Assembly: GCA_049314435.1 (NCBI GenBank)
Contig: JBMOFD010000022.1
Coordinates: 1 to 25,320, forward strand
Source: Chlamydiia bacterium
Lineage (GTDB): Bacteria; Chlamydiota; Chlamydiia; Chlamydiales; JBMOFD01
Reading direction: 5' to 3'
Length of the DNA stretch: 25,320 nt
Both the position numbers and the translations under genes were made by a program. The stretch's first letter is position 1. The number at the start of each line of letters is the position of its first letter. The notes below the pieces were generated by a model. That model saw nothing but the letters and a program-made list of their open reading frames with translations, had not been told where the DNA came from and did not search any database. Below, in pieces: positions 8,409 to 16,473 of this stretch.

Positions 8409-9716
8409 CTATGCCTTACCATTCGTAATGAGTTCCTGACCGCCCATGTAGGGTCGTAGCACCTCTGGGATCGTGATCGAGCCATCTGGGTTCTGGTAGA
8501 TCTCCAGAATGGGGATGAGGATCCTTGGGCTGGCGATGCAGGTGTTGTTGAGGGTGTGGACGAACTTGCGCTGACCTTCGCGATCCACATACTTGATGTT
8601 GAGGCGACGTGCCTGGAAGTCTCCAAAAGTAGAGCAGCTGTGGGTCTCCCCATAGCTCTTACGAGAGGGCATCCAGGTCTCGATGTCATTTTTGTAGATC
8701 TGCCCCTGTCCCATGTCTCCGGTGCAGACATCCACGACTCGGTAGGGCAGCTTCAGTGCCTGTAGGACCTCTTCAGCATTGCGCAGAAGCTCTTGATGTA
8801 GCGCGGCGCTCACCTTAGGGTCCGCCTCACAGAGCACCACCTGCTCTACCTTCTGGAACTGGTGAATGCGGTAGAGACCTCGAGTGTCTTTCCCATAGGT
8901 ACCGGCTTCGCGACGGAAGCAGTTGCTGATACCGCAGTAGCGCTTGGGCAGTTCAGAAAGCTCCAGAGTCTCACCGCTGTGATAGCTAGCCACCGCCACT
9001 TCCGAGGTTCCGACCAGGTAGAGGTTGTCCGACTCGATGGGGCCCTGCTGATCAGGACGTACGCCGAGGGCATAGGCCATCTCCTCGCCACCAGGGAAGT
9101 AGCTCGTCCCCATCATCGCATTCCAGTTGGCCATGACCGGTGGGATGAAGGTCGTGAAACCCTTTTTCACGAGATGATTGAGGGTGAACATGAGGACGGC
9201 CAGCTCTAAACGAGCGCCATCTCCCTTGAGGAAGTAGCTGCGAGATCCAGCGATCTTCACCCCTCGAGGGATGTCGATGATGTCGAGTTCTTCACCAAGG
9301 GTAACGTGATCCTTTGGTTCGAAGGAAAACTCAGTGGGAGTGCCCCAACGACGCGTCTCCACGTTCTCACTGTCATCTTTCCCCACGGGCACTACGTCCA
9401 ATGGGATGGAGGGAAGCCGCAGCTGGAACGCTTCCCAGTCCTTCTCGATCTGCTGGAACTCATCGGCAAGCTGCTTTTGCTGGTCCCCAACACGCTTCAT
9501 GTCAGACAGAGCTGTTTCTTTCTCCGCTCCCTGGAGGGATGGGATTCTTTTGCTGGCGGCATTTTTCTGTGCGCGCAGGTCCTCGACAAGACGAAGGAGT
9601 TCGCCGCGGCGCTTGTCGAGCTCTACAAACTGCTGGATGTCGACTTTGATGCGCTTGTGATTAGCGGCTTCTTGATAGGCCTGGGGACGCGCCCGAACAT
9701 CGTGAAGATCGATCAT
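8409..9716 (-). CDS. serS: Serine--tRNA ligase
   Basis: N-terminal coiled coil, YLVGTSEV, motif 2 CFRREAG..GKDTRGLYRIHQFQKVEQ, ETHSCS..DFQARRL and HTLNNT. Confidence 0.97.
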   Translation of the reverse strand: MIDLHDVRARPQAYQEAANHKRIKVDIQQFVELDKRRGELLRLVEDLRAQKNAASKRIPSLQGAEKETALSDMKRVGDQQKQLADEFQQIEKDWEAFQLRLPSIPLDVVPVGKDDSENVETRRWGTPTEFSFEPKDHVTLGEELDIIDIPRGVKIAGSRSYFLKGDGARLELAVLMFTLNHLVKKGFTTFIPPVMANWNAMMGTSYFPGGEEMAYALGVRPDQQGPIESDNLYLVGTSEVAVASYHSGETLELSELPKRYCGISNCFRREAGTYGKDTRGLYRIHQFQKVEQVVLCEADPKVSAALHQELLRNAEEVLQALKLPYRVVDVCTGDMGQGQIYKNDIETWMPSRKSYGETHSCSTFGDFQARRLNIKYVDREGQRKFVHTLNNTCIASPRILIPILEIYQNPDGSITIPEVLRPYMGGQELITNGKA

Positions 9717-9791
9717 GAAAAACCGCGGTTGGTAAGAGAGAAAACTCTCCAGTCAATTACGGCGAGATTATACCCGCCCTCCCTCCAAAAT

Positions 9792-9892
9792 TCTAGGCGG
9801 CAACCTTCTGGTTGCCTAAACTAGATGTCCCGCTTTCGCGGGAGATCACCAGTCCTGCTAGATCCAAACTGGGTTGCATTCGAGGTTCACCG
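9792..9892 (+). promoter_or_regulatory. Duplicated structured leader, copy 1 (candidate cis-regulatory RNA)
   Basis: Three stems: GGCAACC/GGTTGCC (9799-9816), TCCCGC/GCGGGA (9828-9843) and CCAGT/ACTGG (9849-9872), followed by RBS GAGGT. The first 31 nt are identical to 10413-10443. Confidence 0.55.
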
Positions 9893-10354
9893 ATGTCCAT
9901 AGACCCAGCCCGATGGTCGATATCCGGGCCCTTCTGCCGCGAGCTCACCTGCCAACCTGGTTCCGTCTGCGAAAGAACTTGGATGTCCAATCCATGCCTT
10001 CCAAGAGTGACACTGGCCGACCTGGCGGTTGACTATTGCGCCGTGCTGTGCTGCCTCACAAGCTTTTTCGTATGTACAGGGCCAATGGGATGCACATGCC
10101 GCGTTCTCAACTGCCTAGCTACCACCAGCGCCTGGGCTACGGCCGCCCGAGCCATCAGGCGCCGCGCCAACGATTACCAGGATCGGCAGCCAGCAGCTCC
10201 GGCCAGCAGAGCTATAAGGCGCCTTGTCAACGATAACCAGGATCGACAGCGAGCAGCTCCAGCCAGCAGAGCTATGAGGCGCCTTGTCAACGACAGCCAG
10301 GAGCGCCAGCCAGCGGCTCCGCCCCCATTGAATATTGGACCTTCTGCTGCGTGA
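9893..10354 (+). CDS. Small Cys-rich membrane protein, paralog 1 (Inc-like) with a 3x20-aa repeat tail
   Basis: GAGGT RBS before ATG 9893; 153 aa with 11 Cys. Clear paralog of 10516..10824, sharing PFCRE.TCQPGS.CE.TW.SN.C.PRV.LADLA. Confidence 0.7.
   Translation: MSIDPARWSISGPFCRELTCQPGSVCERTWMSNPCLPRVTLADLAVDYCAVLCCLTSFFVCTGPMGCTCRVLNCLATTSAWATAARAIRRRANDYQDRQPAAPASRAIRRLVNDNQDRQRAAPASRAMRRLVNDSQERQPAAPPPLNIGPSAA
10141..10320 (+). repeat. Three tandem 60-bp in-frame repeats
   Basis: Units 10141-10200, 10201-10260 and 10261-10320 align without gaps and encode A.RA(I/M)RR..ND.Q(D/E)RQ.AAP. Confidence 0.92.
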
Positions 10355-10412
10355 GGTGCGCTTGCCTTGAGAGTGTACAACTGAGCGCTAACTTCTGGCA
10401 TGTACCCAAAAC

Positions 10413-10515
10413 TCTAGGCGGCAACCTTCTGGTTGCCTAAACTGGATGTCCTGCTGCCGCGCAGGATCGACAGACCTGGTAGATCCAAACTGTCGTTGTA
10501 TACGAGGTATCACCG
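10413..10515 (+). promoter_or_regulatory. Duplicated structured leader, copy 2
   Basis: Stems GGCAACC/GGTTGCC (10420-10437), TCCTGC/GCAGGA (10449-10466) and CGACAG/CTGTCG (10468-10495), followed by RBS GAGGT. Confidence 0.55.
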
Positions 10516-10824
10516 ATGTCAGTTGCCCCCTCCCCCTCCCGTTGGTCCGCGTGCGCCCCCTTCTGTCGAGAGTGCACCTGCCAACCTGGTTCATCCTGCG
10601 AAGAAACTTGGCTGTCCAACACATGCGTTCCAAGAGTGAGGCTGGCCGACCTGGCTCTCGCTTCTTTCGGCGCGAATTGCTGTATCGCAGGGTTCGCCCT
10701 ATGTCCTGGACCCACCATGTGCTGGTACGCAGTCATAAATGGCGTGGCGGGCTCAATGGCATGGATGACCGTCCACAGATGCATCAGGAACCGCGCCAAC
10801 GACTACAGGGCTCCACGTCAATGA
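10516..10824 (+). CDS. Small Cys-rich membrane protein, paralog 2 (Inc-like)
   Basis: GAGGT RBS; 102 aa with 11 Cys. A ~40-aa hydrophobic stretch is broken by PGP and followed by basic HRCIRNR. Confidence 0.72.
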   Translation: MSVAPSPSRWSACAPFCRECTCQPGSSCEETWLSNTCVPRVRLADLALASFGANCCIAGFALCPGPTMCWYAVINGVAGSMAWMTVHRCIRNRANDYRAPRQ

Positions 10825-10825
10825 C

Positions 10826-11884
10826 GTGAAAGGAATCTCCGTGGGCTCGCTTCCCAGCAACCTCCTGACACTTCCGCTATTTGACGTCCGGTCTCCAGGG
10901 GAATTCGCGGCTGGGCACATCCCTGGCGCCCATTCGCTTCCCGTCCTTTCCGATGCGCAACGAGCTGAGGTCGGGACGCTCTATAAACAGCAGGGCGCTC
11001 AGATCGCATGGGATCGAGGACTTGAACTCGTCGGTCCACGGCTCATCGAACTGGTACGCGAAGTGCGTCAGCTGATGCAAAGGCATGACTCGCCGCTCGT
11101 ACGCGTCATGTGCTGGCGTGGTGGCATGCGCTCTAGAAGCGTGGCTTGGCTGCTGCAGCAAGCTGGCTTTCAAGTAGAGATCCTGCCTGGAGGATATAAG
11201 AGCTGGCGAAGAGCGATCCTCAAGCTCTTCGCACAACCATGGAACTGGAGAGTCTTTGGCGGTCCCACTGGATCGGGCAAGACCGCCCTGCTGCATGCGT
11301 TACATGCACAAGGCACTCAAGTGCTCGATCTGGAGGCTCTGGCGTCTCATCGAGGAAGTGCCTTCGGGGACATTGGTCTGCCCAGACAGCACTCTCAAGA
11401 ACATTTTGAGAATCTGATCGGCGCGCAGCTTTTGCAGATGGACTCTGCTCGACCTCTATGTGTGGAGGATGAATCCCGCATGATCGGAGTCTTAAAGATC
11501 CCCGATCCCCTATTTCATGGTCTACAACAGGCTCCTATGATGATTCTGGACGTGCCAAAGGTGGTGCGCATCCAGCGATTGGTGGACGAGTATGGGACCT
11601 TACCTAAAGAAAGTCTGGTTGAGGCCGTACACAAACTGAGAAAGCGCCTGGGGATTGAGGCGTGTTTACGTTGCGTCGACGCGATCCAACAAGGACGCCT
11701 CGAAGATGCTGTGGAGAGGCTTCTTCACTATTATGACAGAACTTATGAACACGGTTTGCACAAACAAACCGGATCTAGTGAGCGCTGCATTTGGGATCAC
11801 ACCGACTTGCCTATAGACGTCTTTCTTCGTTGGATCGATGCGGCAGCTCTTCCATCAGGACAGGAAGCACATCTTCTAGTCTAG
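10826..11884 (+). CDS. mnmH: tRNA 2-selenouridine(34) synthase SelU/MnmH
   Basis: Rhodanese domain DVRSPGEF..GHIPGA with CWRGGMRS, then GGYK, P-loop GPTGSGKT, DLEALASHRGSAFG, VEDESR.IG and YYDRTY. Confidence 0.95.
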   Translation: MKGISVGSLPSNLLTLPLFDVRSPGEFAAGHIPGAHSLPVLSDAQRAEVGTLYKQQGAQIAWDRGLELVGPRLIELVREVRQLMQRHDSPLVRVMCWRGGMRSRSVAWLLQQAGFQVEILPGGYKSWRRAILKLFAQPWNWRVFGGPTGSGKTALLHALHAQGTQVLDLEALASHRGSAFGDIGLPRQHSQEHFENLIGAQLLQMDSARPLCVEDESRMIGVLKIPDPLFHGLQQAPMMILDVPKVVRIQRLVDEYGTLPKESLVEAVHKLRKRLGIEACLRCVDAIQQGRLEDAVERLLHYYDRTYEHGLHKQTGSSERCIWDHTDLPIDVFLRWIDAAALPSGQEAHLLV

Positions 11885-14840
11885 GATGCCACTGTAGTCC
11901 TTTGTGATAGACCGTCTGGGCGGCGATGGCGCAGGCTAGGATCGCCTTTTGATGCCCGACGGGCATCCGCTCTAAAATACGTTCTGGGAACTTTTCACGA
12001 AGGGTTTTGGGGCAGTAGTTCAGCAGGATGTCCGTAAGCGGGTCTCCTCGTTTCCACGTAATGGAACGATCCTTGAAGTAGTTCAGGAGCTGGTCTTTGT
12101 ATCCATTGATCCGAAGCGAGATCTCATCGCTAAGGTCGGTCAGGAACCGCCCTGTTTCAGCATGAGAGCGCAGCAAGAGTCGCGCCTCATCGAGCGCTCG
12201 TTGGCGGATCAGGGTTAAGACGTCGACCATGAGATCGGGCTTGTTCTCTACAAATTCCTCTTCGGAGAGGGTGAGTCCCAGGAGCACTTCGTAGCTGGAG
12301 CAGATTACACCGCCCTTATTGGCGGAGGAGTCCTTGATGATCAGGACGCCATGTTCTTCTAAGAATCGTCGAGCATGAGGGGTGAGGTAGAGGTTGGCTC
12401 CTTCCACGATTGCACGCGCTGTAGGAGTCCCATCTGAGGAGCATAATTCATGAGCGTTACTTTCATGAAGCGTGCGCGGACGGCCACCTGCTGGGATAAA
12501 GAGATCTGCAGGAGTTTGTAGGACGGTATTTTTGAGGAGCTGCTGTGCCTCATAGGGCTCTAGCCATACTTCCTCCACACCTCTTTCTGTTGCCCGTAGG
12601 CACTTCATGAGAGGTGCACCTGAGGCCTGTGGCTTGAGGGCGCGGCTATCGACCAGGAATCCACCAGGGTGAAGCGCCTCTGCTGGATATTTGTGGATGG
12701 GAGTCCCCTGCACAAAGAATTCACCGAGGATCGAGAAGTCTAATCCGACCGGGTCAAAAATCGTCCCCGAACCATCAATGAGCGTGCGTAGGAAGCATGT
12801 CCGTTCCGTCATGCGACCGAGGTTAAGGATCTCGTTGCCCGCAACGTCGCCATCGGGACCGCCAGACATCTTTACCACAAAGCTACAGTTGGGCCCCTGC
12901 ACTCCCAGGTAGTCGAGGACCTGCTCAACATAGACATGGACACCCAGCGAGGTCACTCCATATTCCTTGTGGTTGATCCCAGCTCTTGGCTTAGAGGAGA
13001 TGAAGGCACTCCCAGGGAGATACCCACTCTGTTGAGCGAACTGAGCAATCCAGATGATCATCGAGTTGTGCATGTTTTCATCTGGCCCAAGGTAGATGTA
13101 CTCGGGATGGCCGTAGTGGTCGACGATGTGGGGATCGAGGAGGGTATCGCCGTGCCCGGTATTGATTAAATCCAACATCGCCGCAATATACTGCCGCTGC
13201 GCCTGGTACATCAGGGCTTGGGTGAGCTGCTTCTGCAGATCAATGCGCTCCTGTGGGGCAGCAGAGGCCGCTCCGTTGAGAGACAGTTCCTCCTGTACCC
13301 ACTCAAAAGGGTTGAGCAGCAGGATGCCCTTGGATCCGCCCTCGGGGATGTCTTTGTTTTTGCGCTGCTGGGTAGCGGCCAGGTTGTAGCCCTCTTGGAA
13401 GATCTGGTTACGTTCCACCACATACTGTTCCATATGGACAGGCGCCACCGTGCGCAGTCCTCCTCGAGCGAGGTCCCGGAACCGAATATGAAAGCCAAGG
13501 GCATGACTCACAAAGAAAAGGAGGACCGCAAAAGGGGCCTCTGAGAATCGCTGCTGGGCCTCTGCAGGTATGTCCTGGAGATAGGCTGGATCCAGACGAA
13601 ACGAAAGCCCAGCACACTGATCGCTGTAGAAGGTCGTCTTCTGAGCATAGCGGACGAGGTTCAGAGCTTGCCTAAGGATCAATCGGCGGCGGCGATCGGT
13701 TTCCTCATGACCGGTAGCCAATACGCGAATCTTCTCCTCAGCCTGTTGTAGAAGGGCCTCAGCGCCCTGAGTGCCACTACGGCGCGGATCAAATTTCTGC
13801 TCAAAGGCCCCACATAGGAGTTCCATCAAATCAGGATGAGCGCAAAGAGCATCTTCACAGTTGGCCAGGTTGAACTGGAAACTATCGAGGTAGAGCAGCA
13901 CCTGATGCGCAAACCGCACCATAGCCCTGACCACGGCCTCCAGGCCACCCTTCAGCAGAGAGGTCGAGACAAAGGTACTCTCTACACGGTCCTGCAGACT
14001 GAAGGTCCCTAGCAAACGGCAGGACCTTAAGAAGGCCTCCTGCTGCTCGGCAGGCCAGTTGGGAGGACTAGATCCCTCGAGGACAAAATAGGCGGGATGG
14101 TGGAGCAAGGGAGAGGATAGATGCTGCACCATCCGCCGGACTTGAATCCCTTCACGTTGCGCCAAATTGAAGAGCGTGGCTGGCCATCCCTTACGGGGAA
14201 TACCCCGCCAAGCTCCTATCAGCTGAACCTGGCAACCGCCCGCTTCGCCGGGCAGGGAGAGCAGCCGCAGCCGCGCAGCATCACAGTCGAGAGACTGGCT
14301 GAGGAGCTCCACTACGATCAATTGCTGGTAAGCTGTCATCTGATGAAAGGAGCAGGAATCGAGGCTCTCGATGATCTGAGTACGCCTTGGATCCTCTTGG
14401 GCGAGGCCGAGCCGGTCGATCAATGAACCAGCAAGCTCGATGAGCTCTGGGGTGATGCTCTTCGCGTGACGGGCTTCTGATGAGGAATCGATCACCCCTA
14501 GCAGCACCGGAGGCTCGCCGGGCAACTCAGCGAGGAGCTCGAATCGCGCAACAAGGCGATCCTCAAGAAGCGCCAACACCTCGGGGATCTGATGACGACC
14601 GTGACAGAGAAAGAAGCTCTTTCCGTTGGTCTGATGGAGAAGAAGAGGTTGTTTGACTGAGGGAGCTAGGAGAACGCCCTGTATGAGGGAGCTATACTCC
14701 TGCGGCTCGAGTTCCGCCCATTGCGCGGGAGGGATCTGACGTCTAAGAAGATCGAGGGCCTTCTGCCATTGATCTCCCCATTCGTCTTGAAGAACCTGGT
14801 CCAGCGACATGCGATGCCCAGCTTCCTTCTCTTGTGCCAT
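11811..14840 (-). CDS. gdh: Large (~1000 aa) NAD-specific glutamate dehydrogenase
   Basis: GFHIRFRDLARGGLR, KNKDIPEGGSKG, GPDEN, GINHKEYGVTS, GGPDGDVAGN, IVEGANL and KDSSANKGGVICSSYEV. AGAGGGG RBS and an upstream TATAAT at 14861-14866. Confidence 0.92.
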   Translation of the reverse strand: MAQEKEAGHRMSLDQVLQDEWGDQWQKALDLLRRQIPPAQWAELEPQEYSSLIQGVLLAPSVKQPLLLHQTNGKSFFLCHGRHQIPEVLALLEDRLVARFELLAELPGEPPVLLGVIDSSSEARHAKSITPELIELAGSLIDRLGLAQEDPRRTQIIESLDSCSFHQMTAYQQLIVVELLSQSLDCDAARLRLLSLPGEAGGCQVQLIGAWRGIPRKGWPATLFNLAQREGIQVRRMVQHLSSPLLHHPAYFVLEGSSPPNWPAEQQEAFLRSCRLLGTFSLQDRVESTFVSTSLLKGGLEAVVRAMVRFAHQVLLYLDSFQFNLANCEDALCAHPDLMELLCGAFEQKFDPRRSGTQGAEALLQQAEEKIRVLATGHEETDRRRRLILRQALNLVRYAQKTTFYSDQCAGLSFRLDPAYLQDIPAEAQQRFSEAPFAVLLFFVSHALGFHIRFRDLARGGLRTVAPVHMEQYVVERNQIFQEGYNLAATQQRKNKDIPEGGSKGILLLNPFEWVQEELSLNGAASAAPQERIDLQKQLTQALMYQAQRQYIAAMLDLINTGHGDTLLDPHIVDHYGHPEYIYLGPDENMHNSMIIWIAQFAQQSGYLPGSAFISSKPRAGINHKEYGVTSLGVHVYVEQVLDYLGVQGPNCSFVVKMSGGPDGDVAGNEILNLGRMTERTCFLRTLIDGSGTIFDPVGLDFSILGEFFVQGTPIHKYPAEALHPGGFLVDSRALKPQASGAPLMKCLRATERGVEEVWLEPYEAQQLLKNTVLQTPADLFIPAGGRPRTLHESNAHELCSSDGTPTARAIVEGANLYLTPHARRFLEEHGVLIIKDSSANKGGVICSSYEVLLGLTLSEEEFVENKPDLMVDVLTLIRQRALDEARLLLRSHAETGRFLTDLSDEISLRINGYKDQLLNYFKDRSITWKRGDPLTDILLNYCPKTLREKFPERILERMPVGHQKAILACAIAAQTVYHKGLQWHPRLEDVLPVLMEELPHRSNEERRL

Positions 14841-14906
14841 AGAGAAACCCCTCTAAGCACATTATATCTAATAAATTGAATTTGAAAAGGAGAGACAATT
14901 TTGGGG

Positions 14907-14952
14907 AAAAAGAAAAACCGGGCAGGCCCCCATAACGGGGGCCCTCGCCCGG
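14907..14952 (-). terminator. Rho-independent terminator of the outer-membrane protein gene
   Basis: Minus strand CCGGGCgagGGCCCCC-gttat-GGGGGCCtGCCCGG followed by TTTTTCTTTTT. Confidence 0.85.
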
Positions 14953-14984
14953 CGTGACTCAGCAAGGGAGAGTAGCTCTCTCTC

Positions 14985-16376
14985 TTAGAACAGGTACCCT
15001 ACAGATACTTGTGCTGCGAAGCTTGACCAACGAGCTTTCTTGAAAGCGGCGTTCTGCCAAACTGGGTAAACATCTTCATCAATGTCGTCTTGTTCAACTA
15101 GAGCAGCACCGTTGCATACAGTGTAGCAGCTTGTGCATGGATCCATCGCATCACAACCACTTGCGTTGTAGGTTGTGTAGTTCAGGTCGATACCAAATTG
15201 CCAGTTCTGATTGCACATGTACTGGATATCAAGATTGAACACTTGACCCCAGCCATTGCTTGAAGCAGTGACTGTCGCTGGCACGAATGTTGTGCACAGG
15301 TCGCCCTCGTCGCAGAGCGCTGTCCATGATGGGCAGTAGTCGCATCCGCAAGCTGATGAATCGCAGCAGTCTACGCCACCGAGCGCATCAAAACGACCGC
15401 TGTAGTGGTTGTAGTGCAACTCATACCCGAAGACTACGTACCAGTCTTGGCTTGGTGTCCATACGAAATCCAATCCAAGGAATGGACCGTTCCAACGAGC
15501 ACGGTAGATGTTGTCATCACCGCAGCCGCCAAACACGACGCAAGGAGCTCCACAGCCTGGATCAGATACACGACCAGCGGTGTTCTCGATGTCAACAGAC
15601 TGAACAAATGTCCCTGTTGAACCCACATAGCCTGCCTCGAAGACCAGGGAGTCGCCTACTGCAACACCACTGTCCATGATGAGGTGATCGCTATAGAAGT
15701 CGTTTGCCTCATCATCACTCTCAGCACAGCCGCCGATAGCTTGGTACATCAGAGGGATTGGACCCCACTGAGAATGATTCCAAGTATAACGTTGCTGGTT
15801 GAAGGACCATCCGAATACAGGAGCAATCCCAAACTCTTCGCTAGCATGGAACATGTAGCCAATGGCCAAGTCCGCATCCCAAGCATCGCCACCAACGGAG
15901 GCCGCAGCTGGCACTGTGTTGTGGTAAACGAGATCGCATCCGCAATCGCAAGGAGGGCAATCTTCACAGATGCAGCCCTTGCAGCAGCTATAGTAGTCTT
16001 GACCAAATGTTGCGTTGTACGGGTCGCTCAGAATATCGAACACGCCTGTGTCAAACACACGACCGCCCAATACAGTGGCATACCCTACAAAGCCGCGCAG
16101 GTACCAATTGTCTGTGAATGCGCCCACACCATTGAGCTGCACAGTCCACATGTTCACGTTGCGATATTTCTGATCTCCATACCCAAAGAAATCTGGATTG
16201 GAAAGTGTAGCGCACATCGCGAATCTCGCGGTGTCGCTGCGGTACCCAGTTGTGAGGTTCAGATCACTTCTGAGTTCGAAAGCGGAAGCGGGCGAGGCAA
16301 CGATGCTCACCGACAGCGCAGCTGTCGTCGAGGCCGAAGCCAGGACCGCCTTAACCCACTTATTGAGTTTGTTCAT
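14985..16376 (-). CDS. Cys-rich outer-membrane beta-barrel (MOMP/omptin-like family of environmental chlamydiae)
   Basis: Signal peptide ending ASA|F, amphipathic strands (GYRSD, WYLRGFVGY, YRARWNGPFLGLDF) and a C-terminal BAM-type signal VSVGYLF. Contains 25 Cys; AAGGA RBS. Confidence 0.8.
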   Translation of the reverse strand: MNKLNKWVKAVLASASTTAALSVSIVASPASAFELRSDLNLTTGYRSDTARFAMCATLSNPDFFGYGDQKYRNVNMWTVQLNGVGAFTDNWYLRGFVGYATVLGGRVFDTGVFDILSDPYNATFGQDYYSCCKGCICEDCPPCDCGCDLVYHNTVPAAASVGGDAWDADLAIGYMFHASEEFGIAPVFGWSFNQQRYTWNHSQWGPIPLMYQAIGGCAESDDEANDFYSDHLIMDSGVAVGDSLVFEAGYVGSTGTFVQSVDIENTAGRVSDPGCGAPCVVFGGCGDDNIYRARWNGPFLGLDFVWTPSQDWYVVFGYELHYNHYSGRFDALGGVDCCDSSACGCDYCPSWTALCDEGDLCTTFVPATVTASSNGWGQVFNLDIQYMCNQNWQFGIDLNYTTYNASGCDAMDPCTSCYTVCNGAALVEQDDIDEDVYPVWQNAAFKKARWSSFAAQVSVGYLF

Positions 16377-16444
16377 GTGCTTTGTCCTTGGTTGTGTTGA
16401 GTCACGTAAACAGGTAGCTCTAGCGCTCTCGTTCGTTAGCCCTC

Positions 16445-16473
16445 AGCATAGGCACGCTCTCAAAAAATGACAA
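16445..16473 (-). promoter_or_regulatory. Sigma70/66-type promoter for the beta-barrel gene
   Basis: Minus strand TTGTCA, 17-bp spacer, TATGCT, about 70 bp upstream of the ATG. Confidence 0.55.

Noticed and set aside
9792..9892. Leader as a c-di-GMP-I riboswitch, a T-box for serS, or an attC site
   Set aside because: Only short word matches (CCTAAAC, ACCGATG). There is no GNRA/receptor architecture, T-box motif or attC box arrangement.
9812..9892. N-terminal extensions and alternative ORFs through the leaders (9812, 10433, 10446)
   Set aside because: The reading frame through the leader is not preserved between the two copies, whereas the RBS-ATG at 9893 and 10516 is.
10141..10320. Possible CRISPR array
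   Set aside because: The units are contiguous 60-bp in-frame repeats with no unique spacers, and there are no cas genes nearby.
10352..10890. Selenocysteine readthrough of the TGA stops of the Cys-rich genes, prompted by nearby selU and serS
   Set aside because: The TGAs do not align with Cys in the other paralog. Readthrough of paralog 2 is out of frame with selU and soon stops, and I see no convincing SECIS.
15684..16400. 238-aa ORF antisense to the beta-barrel gene
   Set aside because: It shadows a gene with a clear signal peptide, promoter and terminator, and has no recognisable motifs.
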